From NCBI GenBank assembly GCA_964577055.1, contig CAZNWC010000003.1, positions 28,020-92,019 of the forward strand: a stretch of DNA of 64,000 nt. The letters run 5' to 3'. Source of the DNA: an uncultured Chitinophaga sp. (GTDB lineage Bacteria; Bacteroidota; Bacteroidia; UBA7662). Below the pieces are notes generated by a model, which saw nothing but the letters and a program-made list of their open reading frames with translations, had not been told where the DNA came from and made no database searches. A program made the translations under genes and the position numbers. Numbering within the stretch: the stretch's first letter is position 1; the number at the start of each line of letters is the position of its first letter. This document shows positions 40,089 through 49,273 of the stretch, one piece after another.

Positions 40089-41114
40089 ATGTTCGCAGCC
40101 GAGCGCTTTTTGTTCTTTTGTTCGTGGCTCGCCGGTTTGGTGGTGAACCTGGGGCGAAATCCGCTACGCAAGGCACCCCGGCGTATTTTGGTTATCAGGC
40201 GCGACGAACTGGGCGATATGGTGACCACCCTACCTGTTTTTGAGCTTTTCAAAAAATACTATCCCCAGGCCGAACTCACGGTTTTTTGTAAACCCCAAAT
40301 GGCCCAGCTCATCAAAGAACATCCATGCATCGATGTGATTGCCACCGATTGGAAACAGCTGCAGGGACATTACGACTACCTCGCCGATCTGCGGGGCGAT
40401 TGGAAAAGCTTGCGGTTTGCACTGCGGCAGTGGTCGCACCGGGTCGACAGGGGCAGTCACCGCTTCATCAACCGCTTGTTCAAACGTCAACAAGGCCATG
40501 AGGTCGACCTCAACATCCGCATCATCACTCCTTTGTTGCCCGAAACACCAGTTCCAGTGGCACCTCGTTTGTATCCGAATCGTAGACAGCACCAGCAAGC
40601 AGAATTGTTCCTGCAACGCAACGACATAGGATCTTTTGTGATTTTTCACACGGGTGCCCGCAAATTGTTGCGGCGTTGGGCCCTCCAAAAATGGGCTGAA
40701 TTGGCCGTATTTCTCTATCAACGCTACGAAGTACAAGTGGTATTTGTTGGCGGAGACGAAGACCTGGCCGATATTGAAAAAATCCGCAAGCGGCTGCCCT
40801 TTCCAACCTACAGCTTTGTGGGTGAGGGGGATTTGTTGAGCTATGCTGCCCTCGCCCAACGCGCCCGCCTCATGGTAGGCAACGAAAGTGGTCCTATGCA
40901 CATGGCAGCAGCCATGGGTGTGCCAGTGATTGCGCTTTTTGGTCCGGGACAACCCGAAATTTTTGCACCGTATGGCCCCGGTAATCGCTATTTGCATGTA
41001 AAGCTGGCCTGCAATCCCTGCGACCAAATCAATTGCATCTATCCTAAAAATCCCTGCATCAACCGCATAGAGGTGCAGGACGTTTTGCGCGAAGCGGCTA
41101 CCCTCTTGGCGTGA
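40089..41114 (+). CDS. Glycosyltransferase family 9 (LPS heptosyltransferase-like)
   Basis: The GT9 N-terminus is RRILVIRRDELGDMVTTLPVFELFKKYYP. The C-terminal GT-B motif GNESGPMHMAAAMGVPVIALFGP is present. The start was placed at the ATG 29 codons into the ORF and is uncertain. Confidence 0.7.
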   Translation: MFAAERFLFFCSWLAGLVVNLGRNPLRKAPRRILVIRRDELGDMVTTLPVFELFKKYYPQAELTVFCKPQMAQLIKEHPCIDVIATDWKQLQGHYDYLADLRGDWKSLRFALRQWSHRVDRGSHRFINRLFKRQQGHEVDLNIRIITPLLPETPVPVAPRLYPNRRQHQQAELFLQRNDIGSFVIFHTGARKLLRRWALQKWAELAVFLYQRYEVQVVFVGGDEDLADIEKIRKRLPFPTYSFVGEGDLLSYAALAQRARLMVGNESGPMHMAAAMGVPVIALFGPGQPEIFAPYGPGNRYLHVKLACNPCDQINCIYPKNPCINRIEVQDVLREAATLLA

Positions 41115-41205
41115 AAGGCATACCGCAAATGCGGTATATTGGACCCAATAGTTTTGTAGGCTGGTCAAAGATTCTAACTTTGATACAACAAAAACCAACT
41201 ACGAA

Positions 41206-42381
41206 ATGAAACTACTACGCTACTCATTGTTTTCGTTGGTAGCACTTACAGGTGTTACCCTGCAGCAGGAAGCCAAAGGCCAAGGCGCCGTAATCGATGT
41301 GCTGGGTTCGGGTGTTGAAGACGCCGACAAATTGCTGAATGCTTATTTCCGTCCTTTTGGTGAATCTTTTGCCATTGGATTGGGCCAAAACTGGTTCAAC
41401 ACGGCAGCTCCGCTTAAGTCCCTCCGTTTTAATGTGCAGTTTGGCGCTTCTATGGTGCAAGTGCCTGCCGAATCGCAAACTTTCAACCCATCAGCCTTGG
41501 GCATGAACAATTTGCGTCCTTTGGGAACATCAGCGCCTACTATACTCGGTCCGGCAGACCAGGGGCCTGGCTACGAACTCAGCACCGCCGACCCCAACAA
41601 TCCCGGTGGTCGTTTGGTGATCGATACCATCAATGGTTTGACCCAGGGCATGGGCCTCAATTTTATGGTGGCTCCTTTTGCCCAGGTAAATTTGGGTTTG
41701 ATCAAAGGCACTGAAGTAAGTGTGCGTTTTGTGCCTACCCTGAATTTGGCCAGTCTTGGTGGCGATATCGATGGTAAGTTTGGCATGTGGGGTATTGGCG
41801 TAAAGCACGATATCAAACAGTGGATTCCGGTGATCAACAAGTTGCCATTTAGTTTGAGTGGTTATTTCAATTATACCAAACTCAGTTTTGAATTGGGTGT
41901 TAGCCTGCCCGGACCAGAAGGCAAGACCTATGATACTTATACTACGCCTGGTCCAGGTTGGTCACCACCTACAGTTGGGTTTGATTATGTTGGTGGCACT
42001 GCAGGTAATTATGCCAGCCAAGCAATCGCTATGGACGCTAGCTCCATGGGTTTTGGTATAATTTTATCAAAGAAGTTGTTGATGCTTACCCCGTATTTGA
42101 GTTTAGGCATGCAGACTGCTAATTTTTCGCTTCGTACTGCAGGAGATTATGCTATTTTGACAGGACTTAAGGTAAATGGTGCAACTGAACCTGAGCCTGG
42201 CGCCTTCAGAGAGCAATATCGTGTGTATACCGATCCCATCAACATCAACCCTGATCCCATCAATTCATTGCGTTACAGCGCAGGTTTGCGCTTGAAGCTG
42301 TTGATTTTTGGCATCCATGCCGAATATTTTGGCATTGGGGGTTACAGCGGTGTGAATGCGGGTATATCGCTAGGCTTCTAA
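41206..42381 (+). CDS. Hypothetical outer membrane beta-barrel protein
   Basis: 391 aa with a signal peptide. It shows an alternating amphipathic beta pattern, is Gly/aromatic rich, and ends in the C-terminal ...GISLGF. Confidence 0.4.
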   Translation: MKLLRYSLFSLVALTGVTLQQEAKGQGAVIDVLGSGVEDADKLLNAYFRPFGESFAIGLGQNWFNTAAPLKSLRFNVQFGASMVQVPAESQTFNPSALGMNNLRPLGTSAPTILGPADQGPGYELSTADPNNPGGRLVIDTINGLTQGMGLNFMVAPFAQVNLGLIKGTEVSVRFVPTLNLASLGGDIDGKFGMWGIGVKHDIKQWIPVINKLPFSLSGYFNYTKLSFELGVSLPGPEGKTYDTYTTPGPGWSPPTVGFDYVGGTAGNYASQAIAMDASSMGFGIILSKKLLMLTPYLSLGMQTANFSLRTAGDYAILTGLKVNGATEPEPGAFREQYRVYTDPININPDPINSLRYSAGLRLKLLIFGIHAEYFGIGGYSGVNAGISLGF

Positions 42382-42407
42382 AATAGCTGCTATTTGAAAG
42401 CAAAAAG

Positions 42408-42436
42408 AGCTCACCGCAAGGTGGGCTTTTTTTTTG
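42408..42436 (+). terminator. Rho-independent terminator after OMP gene
   Basis: The stem AGCTCACC/GGTGGGCT with loop GCAA is followed by TTTTTTTTT. Confidence 0.55.
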
Positions 42437-42666
42437 GGTACAATAAACAACTGACGAATAACAGTAGGCCTTATATAGTCCTCTGAGGTCAAGTCTTTGG
42501 AAAGATTTTGAGTTGCATTATTATTGATTTAAAATTCCAGCTTGAACGATGTGCAATGGCATAGATCGCATAACGTTGATATTCATAATCATGATGTTCT
42601 AAATTGAGTGGTAATAGCCAATATGATGTAGAAATAATTCATGCCTCATTTTTAAAGGTCCTAAAT

Positions 42667-43065
42667 ATGCCTCAACAAGTTTTTATCAACCTGCCCGTGC
42701 GCGATTTGAAGCGTTCGGTGGCTTTGTACCAAGCCCTTGGTTTTACCATCAACCCCCAATTTTCTGACGAAACGGCCCACTGCATGGTGTGGAGCGAGCA
42801 CATTTACGTGATGTTGCTCAGCCACGAAAAGTTCATGACTTTCGCTACCAAGCCCATTGCCGACACCCAAAATGGGGTGGCAGCCTTGATTTCGCTCAGT
42901 TTCGATGACAATGCCGCCGTTGATGCCGCCATGGCCAATGGACTGGCAGCTGGTGGCAAAGAGCCGCATGAGGTGCGCGATTATGGCTTCATGTACCAAC
43001 GCAGCCTCGAAGATTTCGACGGTCATACTTGGGAGTTGTTTTACATGGATCCGGCGGGCATGTAA
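42667..43065 (+). CDS. VOC-family (glyoxalase/bleomycin-resistance fold) protein
   Basis: 132 aa from MPQQVFINLPVRDLKRSVALYQALGF...GHTWELFYMDP. An unusually AT-rich ~230-bp region precedes it. Confidence 0.75.
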   Translation: MPQQVFINLPVRDLKRSVALYQALGFTINPQFSDETAHCMVWSEHIYVMLLSHEKFMTFATKPIADTQNGVAALISLSFDDNAAVDAAMANGLAAGGKEPHEVRDYGFMYQRSLEDFDGHTWELFYMDPAGM

Positions 43066-43292
43066 ACGCATTATCGTTTTGGCTTCGGCCTGCAGGTTTC
43101 GCTGCAAGATTTTCACTGCTTTTGATACTATCATATGATACTATCAGATGCAGCCGCCCTATGACGGAATGCTGAAAAATCCATCTTCTCCATAGAGGGG
43201 ATATACCAAACGGGAAACCCAAGCTTCCTCATCGAATGCCTAATATGAAATTGAAATTTGGCTTGCTGCTATGCCAATGAGTATTCTTTCGG

Positions 43293-44444
43293 CTAATCCG
43301 GCGCGTTGTTCCAAAACACCTGCTCATCGCTGCCCAGGCTGTCGACAAAGCCAAGTAGCAGGGCCAGGTTCATGAGCAAAAAGTGGCTTAAAAAACGCAG
43401 GGGACCGCTGCTGATGCCCCAAGGACGCAGGGCCAAATCGGTGAGGGCAAGCAATAAAGCTGCGTTCATGCCCCAAAAGGCCCATTGCAACACCCCATAC
43501 GCATCGGCACCCAAGCCAGCCGAAAGCCAGGCCACGAAAAGCAGGGCAGGGGTGAGCCAACGCAAGGCTTTGTGCGACCAAAACACATAACCAATGGCCG
43601 TGAAAGGGTTCAGCAGACTGGTAAAATGCCGCAAATTCTGGAAGTTACCCTTGCCAATGCGGCGTTTGCGGCGAAACTGCACCCGCTGATCGCCCGAAAC
43701 CCCCAAACTGGTGCGCGCGCTGGCCTGAAAAACGGTGCGGTAACCTTGTCGACTGAGGTCGGCAAAGCTGAAAAAGTCATCTACAATAAAGCCCTTGGGT
43801 ACTGGGGTGAACAAGTTGCGGCGGATGGCGTAGGCGGCACCAAAACCGCCAATGACGGCACCCCAGCTGCCTTCGCCGGCTTTGATGGTCATTTCGCGGG
43901 CGGTATAACTGGCTTCCTGCCGGGCAACGGCTTCATCGCCGGTGATGCGGATGTCGGCATGGGCCTGCACCCCACCCACTTGGGCATCGGCAAAGGGTTT
44001 TACCAGCTCGAGTAGGGTGTCGGGTTCAAAAAGGGCATCGGCATCGGTGATTACCAGCAAGTCGGAATGTGCCTGTGCGGCCAAGGCATTGATGATGTTG
44101 GGTTTGCCGGTGCGCGCCTCAAATCGTTGGACGAGCAATCGTCCGGGGTACAGCTGTGCCAATTGGGCCAGGCGTTCGTCGGTGCCGTCGGTACTGGCGT
44201 CGGAACCTACCCGTAAAATGAGTTTATCGGCCGGGTATTGTCCGCCCAAAACCGAATGCACCTTGGCTTCAATCACGGCTACTTCGTTGTAGGCGGCCAT
44301 GAGCACTTCGATGCTCGGCCATGTTTCCAAAGGGGGATAGTTGGGTTGTTTTTGGGCCAAGCGTTTCATGTGTGCCGGAAAAAGCACATAGCTGTGAAAG
44401 ACCAGCAGGGTTGCCAAAACAAACAGGACCAAAAACGCCATCAT
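43293..44444 (-). CDS. Glycosyltransferase family 2, membrane-bound
   Basis: The start was chosen at MMAFLVLFVL on an N-terminal TM. The GT-A core includes EVLMAAYNE and a DAD...ITDADA DxD-like motif, with C-terminal TMs. The ATG overlaps the upstream GT4 stop (ATGA). Confidence 0.7.
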   Translation of the reverse strand: MMAFLVLFVLATLLVFHSYVLFPAHMKRLAQKQPNYPPLETWPSIEVLMAAYNEVAVIEAKVHSVLGGQYPADKLILRVGSDASTDGTDERLAQLAQLYPGRLLVQRFEARTGKPNIINALAAQAHSDLLVITDADALFEPDTLLELVKPFADAQVGGVQAHADIRITGDEAVARQEASYTAREMTIKAGEGSWGAVIGGFGAAYAIRRNLFTPVPKGFIVDDFFSFADLSRQGYRTVFQASARTSLGVSGDQRVQFRRKRRIGKGNFQNLRHFTSLLNPFTAIGYVFWSHKALRWLTPALLFVAWLSAGLGADAYGVLQWAFWGMNAALLLALTDLALRPWGISSGPLRFLSHFLLMNLALLLGFVDSLGSDEQVFWNNAPD

Positions 44445-45646
44445 CAGGCTGGTAAATTTCGGTAAAAATGCAGCAAGCGCGTGCCTATTTCTACCCGGTT
44501 GAAGTGTTTTTGCACCCAGGCTTGGCCACGCTCGCCCATTTGCCTGGCTTCTTGGGGATGTGCTTGCAGGTAGGCCACGGCTTCGGCAAAGGCGGCAGGC
44601 GTATCGGCCAGCCACAACTGCGCACGGTGGGTGACCGACAATCCTTCTGCCCCTAGGGTGGTGCTCACCACAGGCAGTCCGAGTGCCAAAGCCTCCAATA
44701 TTTTGATGCGGATGCCACTGCCTGAGCGAATGGGTACGAGAAAGAGCGGGTTATCGCGCATGGTTTGGGCGGCATCGGGCACAAAGCCGAGCATTTCGAG
44801 GCCATTGCCCGTGAGTTTGGCGACGGAGGCCGGGGCGTTTTTGCCGGCAACCACGCATTGGCTGTTGGGAGCTTGTTGGCGGATGGCCGGCCACAGCTCG
44901 GCATGCAGCCAGCGCACGGCTTCTTGGTTGGGTTGCCAATCGAGGCTGGCCACAAAGCTGCAGCGGTGCAGGTTTTCGGGCTTCCAGGCTGGCGCGGCAG
45001 CTGCTTTATCGGCGGCCAGGCCCATGGGGGCGCTGGTGATGGTAGCTTTGGTGAGTTGGCCGATGTCGGCTGCATCTACCTCGGAGATGGCCACAACGGC
45101 ATCTACCGCGGCATATAAGGCTTCTTCAAAACGCTGGAGCCGACCTGCCTGCAGCTCGAGGTACCATTTTTTCAAGGGCTGTTGGCAACCGGCAGCCAGG
45201 CGCTGCCAAATGCGGTAGTCGATGTTGTGCGCCCGCAACACCACCTTGGCTTGGCTGTGCTGGCGGATGATGGGCAGGTACACCCCCATGAAGGTAGCTT
45301 CTAACTGAATGATGTCGAACTTTTGGCGCTGCAAAAGCTTGACCAGGGCGCTGGCAACGGCTGGATGGTAGAACCTGCTTACGTGGTAGGCGCTGCCTTC
45401 GAGGAGGTTCCAGGCTGCCGACCAGGGGTAGAGGCGGGTGTCGACCGCATGCAGCTGCATTTTAAACTGGCTTTTCCAAAAGGCGGGGATGGCAACTTCG
45501 GCTACCCGACTGCGGCTGGCGTTGAGGCAAAACAGTTGTACATCGGCACCGGCTTCGTGCAGGCCCAGGCACATGGCGTGTACGGCCAACGCCCCGCCGT
45601 CGTGCAGGGGATGAGGCACCCGGTTGTACAGCTGCAAAATTTTCAT
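44444..45646 (-). CDS. Glycosyltransferase family 4 (GT-B, GT1/GT4-like)
   Basis: The start was chosen at MKILQLYNRVPHPLHDGGALAVHAMCLGL. The C-terminal GT4 motif is ...GLPVVSTTLGAEG. The ATG overlaps the lptF/G-like stop (ATGA). Confidence 0.75.
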   Translation of the reverse strand: MKILQLYNRVPHPLHDGGALAVHAMCLGLHEAGADVQLFCLNASRSRVAEVAIPAFWKSQFKMQLHAVDTRLYPWSAAWNLLEGSAYHVSRFYHPAVASALVKLLQRQKFDIIQLEATFMGVYLPIIRQHSQAKVVLRAHNIDYRIWQRLAAGCQQPLKKWYLELQAGRLQRFEEALYAAVDAVVAISEVDAADIGQLTKATITSAPMGLAADKAAAAPAWKPENLHRCSFVASLDWQPNQEAVRWLHAELWPAIRQQAPNSQCVVAGKNAPASVAKLTGNGLEMLGFVPDAAQTMRDNPLFLVPIRSGSGIRIKILEALALGLPVVSTTLGAEGLSVTHRAQLWLADTPAAFAEAVAYLQAHPQEARQMGERGQAWVQKHFNRVEIGTRLLHFYRNLPA

Positions 45647-47082
45647 GCGGGCTTGGCTTTGTTGCTGCGCCCCAACTTGCGGAACCAGCGCAGGTAAGAA
45701 CCCCCGTCGAACAAACGCGAGTCGTTGTTGGCCTTTACGAGCAAAAACAACCCAATGGGCAGCAATACCAAACTCGAAATCCACATGGCCAGGTGAATGT
45801 AGATGAGGCTGTCGCGGGCCAGCTTTTCGGAGGTCATGCTCACCACGTGGTACAACAAAAAGAGCACGATGCTGAACAACATGGGCATGCCCAAACCCCC
45901 GCGCCGGATGATGGCACCGAGGGGTGCGCCTACTAAAAACAAGAGCAGACAGGCAAAGGCGAGCGAAAATTTGCGGTGGCCTTCGAGGTAATGCCGGTTG
46001 AGGATGCTGCGGCGGGCGTCCATTTCGCGGTCGCGCATGGTGGTGTAACCCTTGATGCTTTGTACGTTGTTGATGGCATCGCGCAGCACATCTTGTTGTT
46101 CCTGCAAAGGCAACAAGGCAAACCAATTGGTATCGAGCATGGCCTTGGCGCCAGCGCTGGCTTCGGCCAATTGAAAAAGACTGTCGTTGCGGAACTGGTA
46201 GAAATTATCGGTGATCAACAGCAGTTCATCGTCGCGTTTTTGGTAGTCGGTTTCGAGCGAGTCGATTACCTTTTTCAACTGCCGCAGGTTGAGCATGGCG
46301 TAGTAGTCTTTGAACAGCTCTTCGTCGGTGCGTTTGAGTTTGAAAGCCGATAGGTCGAAATGGATTTCCTGCTCGGCAAAGTGGGTGCGCATATGCGGCT
46401 TGCGGTAATATTCGCCCTCTTTGGGCGCCAACTCTTCGTACGAATGTCCGTCGAACAGCCGCAAAGTGAGAAAACGTTCGTCGGCCGATTGGATCATTTC
46501 GCCTCGCTTGGCCACAATGACCATGGTGTTGCCGCGGCCCGCTGTATGGTCGTAAATGAGCACGTCTTCGAGCTCGCGGTTGTCTTCACTTTTTTTGCCA
46601 ATGCGGATGGCATAGTTTTCAATTTCGTTGTAAAAGCGACCTGCTTTGATCGACAGGGCTGGTTTTTTCTGCTGTATGTCGTACAAGAGCGAGCCAAACT
46701 TGAGGCGCGAAACAGGCAGTACCGTATTCGAAAAGTAGAAGGCACCCACCATCAGCAGCACAATAAAAATGGTAACCGGCCGCGTAAAGCGCCACAGGCT
46801 GATGCCGGCCGATTTTACCGCGGTGAGTTCGTAAAATTCGCCCAGGTTGCCGTAGGTCATGATGCTCGAGAGCAAAACCGCCAAGGGCAAAGCCAAGGGC
46901 ACAAAGCTGGCCGATGCGTAAAAAAGCACCTCGGCAATGATGTACCATTCGAGGCCCTTGCCCACCAGGTCGTCGATGTAGACCCAGAGGAACTGCATCA
47001 CCAGCACAAAAAGCACAATGAAGAAGGTTAGCACAAAGGGGCCCAAAAATGCCCGCATGAGCCAACGCGAAAGGATTTTCAC
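45643..47082 (-). CDS. LptF/LptG-family (YjgP/YjgQ) LPS export permease
   Basis: 479 aa. The N-terminus MKILSRWLMRAFLGPFVLTFFIVLFVLVMQFLWVYIDDLVGKG matches LptF/G, with a large periplasmic domain and C-terminal TMs. Confidence 0.7.
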   Translation of the reverse strand: MKILSRWLMRAFLGPFVLTFFIVLFVLVMQFLWVYIDDLVGKGLEWYIIAEVLFYASASFVPLALPLAVLLSSIMTYGNLGEFYELTAVKSAGISLWRFTRPVTIFIVLLMVGAFYFSNTVLPVSRLKFGSLLYDIQQKKPALSIKAGRFYNEIENYAIRIGKKSEDNRELEDVLIYDHTAGRGNTMVIVAKRGEMIQSADERFLTLRLFDGHSYEELAPKEGEYYRKPHMRTHFAEQEIHFDLSAFKLKRTDEELFKDYYAMLNLRQLKKVIDSLETDYQKRDDELLLITDNFYQFRNDSLFQLAEASAGAKAMLDTNWFALLPLQEQQDVLRDAINNVQSIKGYTTMRDREMDARRSILNRHYLEGHRKFSLAFACLLLFLVGAPLGAIIRRGGLGMPMLFSIVLFLLYHVVSMTSEKLARDSLIYIHLAMWISSLVLLPIGLFLLVKANNDSRLFDGGSYLRWFRKLGRSNKAKPA

Positions 47083-47097
47083 GCTTTGCCTGTTTGG

Positions 47098-47481
47098 TTA
47101 AGCCCCCAGCCGGCCACGCAGTTGCTGAACCGACTGGTCCCACAACAACTGGTTGTCTTCTTGCTCAGAGGCGTCACAAAAATCGGTAATGGTGAGCGAA
47201 ACTTCACCGGTAAGTTCGTCCTGGCGGATGCGGAACTCGAAATATTCTTCGGGATCGTTGCTGTGCAGCCACACAAAGCGGCTGTGGCTGTTGAGGCGGT
47301 TTTCAACCAAACGGGCTTCGCTGCTGCTACTTTCCCAAAAAAACTCGTAGTTATCGCCGTGAATGTTCACTTTGTCGGCAAACCAATCTTCAAAACCCGA
47401 TGGTGACGATATGAATCGGTATAAGAGTTTGGGAGAACAGTTGAATAAGTACTCCAGCTTGTTTTTTACGCGGTTTTCCAT
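47098..47481 (-). CDS. SRPBCC/START-like small protein (low confidence)
   Basis: 127 aa, soluble and acidic. The family call rests on weak resemblance only. Confidence 0.35.
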   Translation of the reverse strand: MENRVKNKLEYLFNCSPKLLYRFISSPSGFEDWFADKVNIHGDNYEFFWESSSSEARLVENRLNSHSRFVWLHSNDPEEYFEFRIRQDELTGEVSLTITDFCDASEQEDNQLLWDQSVQQLRGRLGA

Positions 47482-47605
47482 CCTTCGCTCCTTTCAGCGA
47501 GCCTTTTAGGGGCTGCTTCACAAGTATAGTTGTTCGTGCTGAGGAAAGGAAGACTTTTTTGCAAAAGCCACCGAAAATGTTTTCCGCTTTTTAATAGCAA
47601 CCCGC

Positions 47606-47613
47606 TATATTTG
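47606..47613 (+). promoter_or_regulatory. Bacteroidota-type -7 promoter element TATATTTG (TAnnTTTG) upstream of tRNA
   Basis: It is an exact match to the TAnnTTTG consensus, 12 nt before the tRNA 5' end. No clean -33 TTTG was found. Confidence 0.35.
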
Positions 47614-47624
47614 CAACCCAATTC

Positions 47625-47698
47625 GGCGAGGTAGCTCAGTTGGTTAGAGCGTAGGATTCATAACCCTAAGGTCACGAGTTCAATTCTCGTCCTCGCTA
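47625..47698 (+). tRNA. tRNA-Met (anticodon CAT)
   Basis: Manual cloverleaf. Acceptor stem GGCGAGG/CCTCGCT with a G1-U72 wobble. D-arm GCTC-AGTTGGTTA-GAGC. Anticodon loop TTCATAA. T-arm ACGAG-TTCAATT-CTCGT. Discriminator A. CCA is not encoded. Confidence 0.85.
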
Positions 47699-47706
47699 CA
47701 CGGTCA

Positions 47707-47741
47707 AAAGGCCATCCCCTGCGGATGGCCTTTGCTATTTT
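47707..47741. terminator. Bidirectional intrinsic terminator between the tRNA (+) and the tsaC/sua5 gene (-)
   Basis: An 11-bp stem AAAGGCCATCC/GGATGGCCTTT with loop CCTGC is flanked by A-run and T-run. Confidence 0.6.
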
Positions 47742-47745
47742 AGGC

Positions 47746-48702
47746 TCATGGCAAGCGGCTTTGCACGGCGCGCGTGAGGCGGTCGTTGATGGCCAGGCCC
47801 AATCCCGTTTCCGGAAATTTTTCTACCAGCACCCAATCGTAGCGCATTTCGTCGAGTAAACGCAGGGTGGCGAACAGCTTGCTGGCTGCTTCGGGCAAAC
47901 TGTTGGCAGGCGAAAGCAACCATTGGTGCTGCGGGTCGACCTGGGGCAAGGGGCTGCTGAAACGCAGGTAGCCTATGCGGCCTGCCGGCAGCTCGGTTAC
48001 TTCGTGTTGCCACAACAAAGGGGTGCGGGGGGCATAGTGCTTCACCAACATGCCGGGCGCCCGGGGATTGCTGCTGCTGGTTTGCACTGACAATGGTTGT
48101 CCCACCGCAGCTTCCAGGGCTTCGAGCGAAAGCCCACCAAGTCGCAACACCTTGGGCTCACCCCCACTGAGGTCGATAATGGTGCTCTCGAGTCCCACAC
48201 TGCAAGGTCCTCCGTCGAGCACATAGGCCACGGCATCGCCCAGCTGTTGGAGCACGTGTTGGGCGGTGGTGGGACTCACATAGCCGAACGGATTGGCGCT
48301 GGGGGCTGCCAGCGGGAAGTCGAGCGCCTCGAGCAACTGCAGGCTCAATGGGTGGTTGGGCACACGGATGCCCACGGTGGAATGTCCGGCACTTACCAAA
48401 TCGGGGATGATGGCTTTTTTGGGCAAGATGAAGGTAAGCGGTCCCGGACAAAAAACTTCCGCCAAGCGGTAAGCCAGGGGTGGTACTTGTCTGCAATAGC
48501 GTTCTACCTGTTCAAAACGCGCCAGGTGCACAATCAGCGGGTCGAAAGCCGGGCGGTTTTTGGCTTCGAAGATGCGGGCAACGGCCAAGGAATCTAGGGC
48601 ATTGGCTGCCAAACCATACACGGTTTCGGTGGGAATGCCCACCAACTGGCCTTTGCGCAAGGCCTCGGCAGCCCTGCTGACATCGGTACCCCATTTTTCC
48701 AT
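47746..48702 (-). CDS. tsaC: L-threonylcarbamoyladenylate synthase (Sua5/YrdC/TsaC family, long Sua5-type)
   Basis: 318 aa. The YrdC fold motif is GQLVGIPTETVYGLAANA. A C-terminal Sua5 domain is present. Confidence 0.85.
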   Translation of the reverse strand: MEKWGTDVSRAAEALRKGQLVGIPTETVYGLAANALDSLAVARIFEAKNRPAFDPLIVHLARFEQVERYCRQVPPLAYRLAEVFCPGPLTFILPKKAIIPDLVSAGHSTVGIRVPNHPLSLQLLEALDFPLAAPSANPFGYVSPTTAQHVLQQLGDAVAYVLDGGPCSVGLESTIIDLSGGEPKVLRLGGLSLEALEAAVGQPLSVQTSSSNPRAPGMLVKHYAPRTPLLWQHEVTELPAGRIGYLRFSSPLPQVDPQHQWLLSPANSLPEAASKLFATLRLLDEMRYDWVLVEKFPETGLGLAINDRLTRAVQSRLP

Positions 48703-48779
48703 GCTGCAAAACTACACAAAGCATCGAAAGCTTGTTGCGATGCATGTTTTGGCCTATATTGTGAGGCTAAATTCCTGTT

Positions 48780-49271
48780 GTGATGCACTTTCGGCCGCTT
48801 TATCTGCTTTTGGGTCTGGCTTTGTTTGCCGGTTTGGGTGCTGCATGCCAATCGAAAAAAAAAATACCGGCGATGAATGTGGTGCATTTTGACACAAAAT
48901 CGGGTACTGCACCTGGGTTTACCGTGGCAGGCGTACGCGCCGAGCAGCTGAACGGACGCATCAATGTGGCCATTATCAGCCTGGAAGGAAGCATGCTGCA
49001 GCTCAATGGCTTGCCAGTGGCCGATTTACAAGCGGGCAAGGTAAAAGCCGGAAGCTACCGGGTGGTGTACCTGCCAGGAGGCGTACAACCGGCTTGCACG
49101 GCAGCGGAGGGCAAAAGCCGCCTCGTATTGCATCAGCAAAACGAAAATGGCTGGGAAATGCAGCTGCAAACCCGCCTCATGTGTGGCATTGCGCCGCTCG
49201 AAGTGGCCTGTCGCGTGAGCTTTACCGTGCCTGAGCCCACTTTTGTGGCCCCCAACCAACCAACGCAATAG
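48780..49271 (+). CDS. Hypothetical small lipoprotein
   Basis: Signal peptide with lipobox-like ...LFAGLGAAC. It ends 2 nt before the S8 peptidase start. Confidence 0.45.
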   Translation: MMHFRPLYLLLGLALFAGLGAACQSKKKIPAMNVVHFDTKSGTAPGFTVAGVRAEQLNGRINVAIISLEGSMLQLNGLPVADLQAGKVKAGSYRVVYLPGGVQPACTAAEGKSRLVLHQQNENGWEMQLQTRLMCGIAPLEVACRVSFTVPEPTFVAPNQPTQ

Positions 49272-49273
49272 AT

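Noticed and set aside
38293-40176. 627-aa ORF with repetitive Ser/Ala/Thr-rich N-terminus (SASF..STEALASPTEAQ)
   Set aside because: The repetitive 150 aa are the minus-strand translation of the DNA tandem repeat. The real flippase begins at MRLRF (39726). The same over-extension artefact affects ORFs 37139-38788, 43293-44615, 44444-46126 and 14597-15613.
47625-47698. tRNA gene as an integration site for a mobile element
   Set aside because: No integrase, direct repeat of the tRNA 3' end, or phage-like genes nearby. The tRNA is flanked by tsaC/sua5 and an envelope-gene island.
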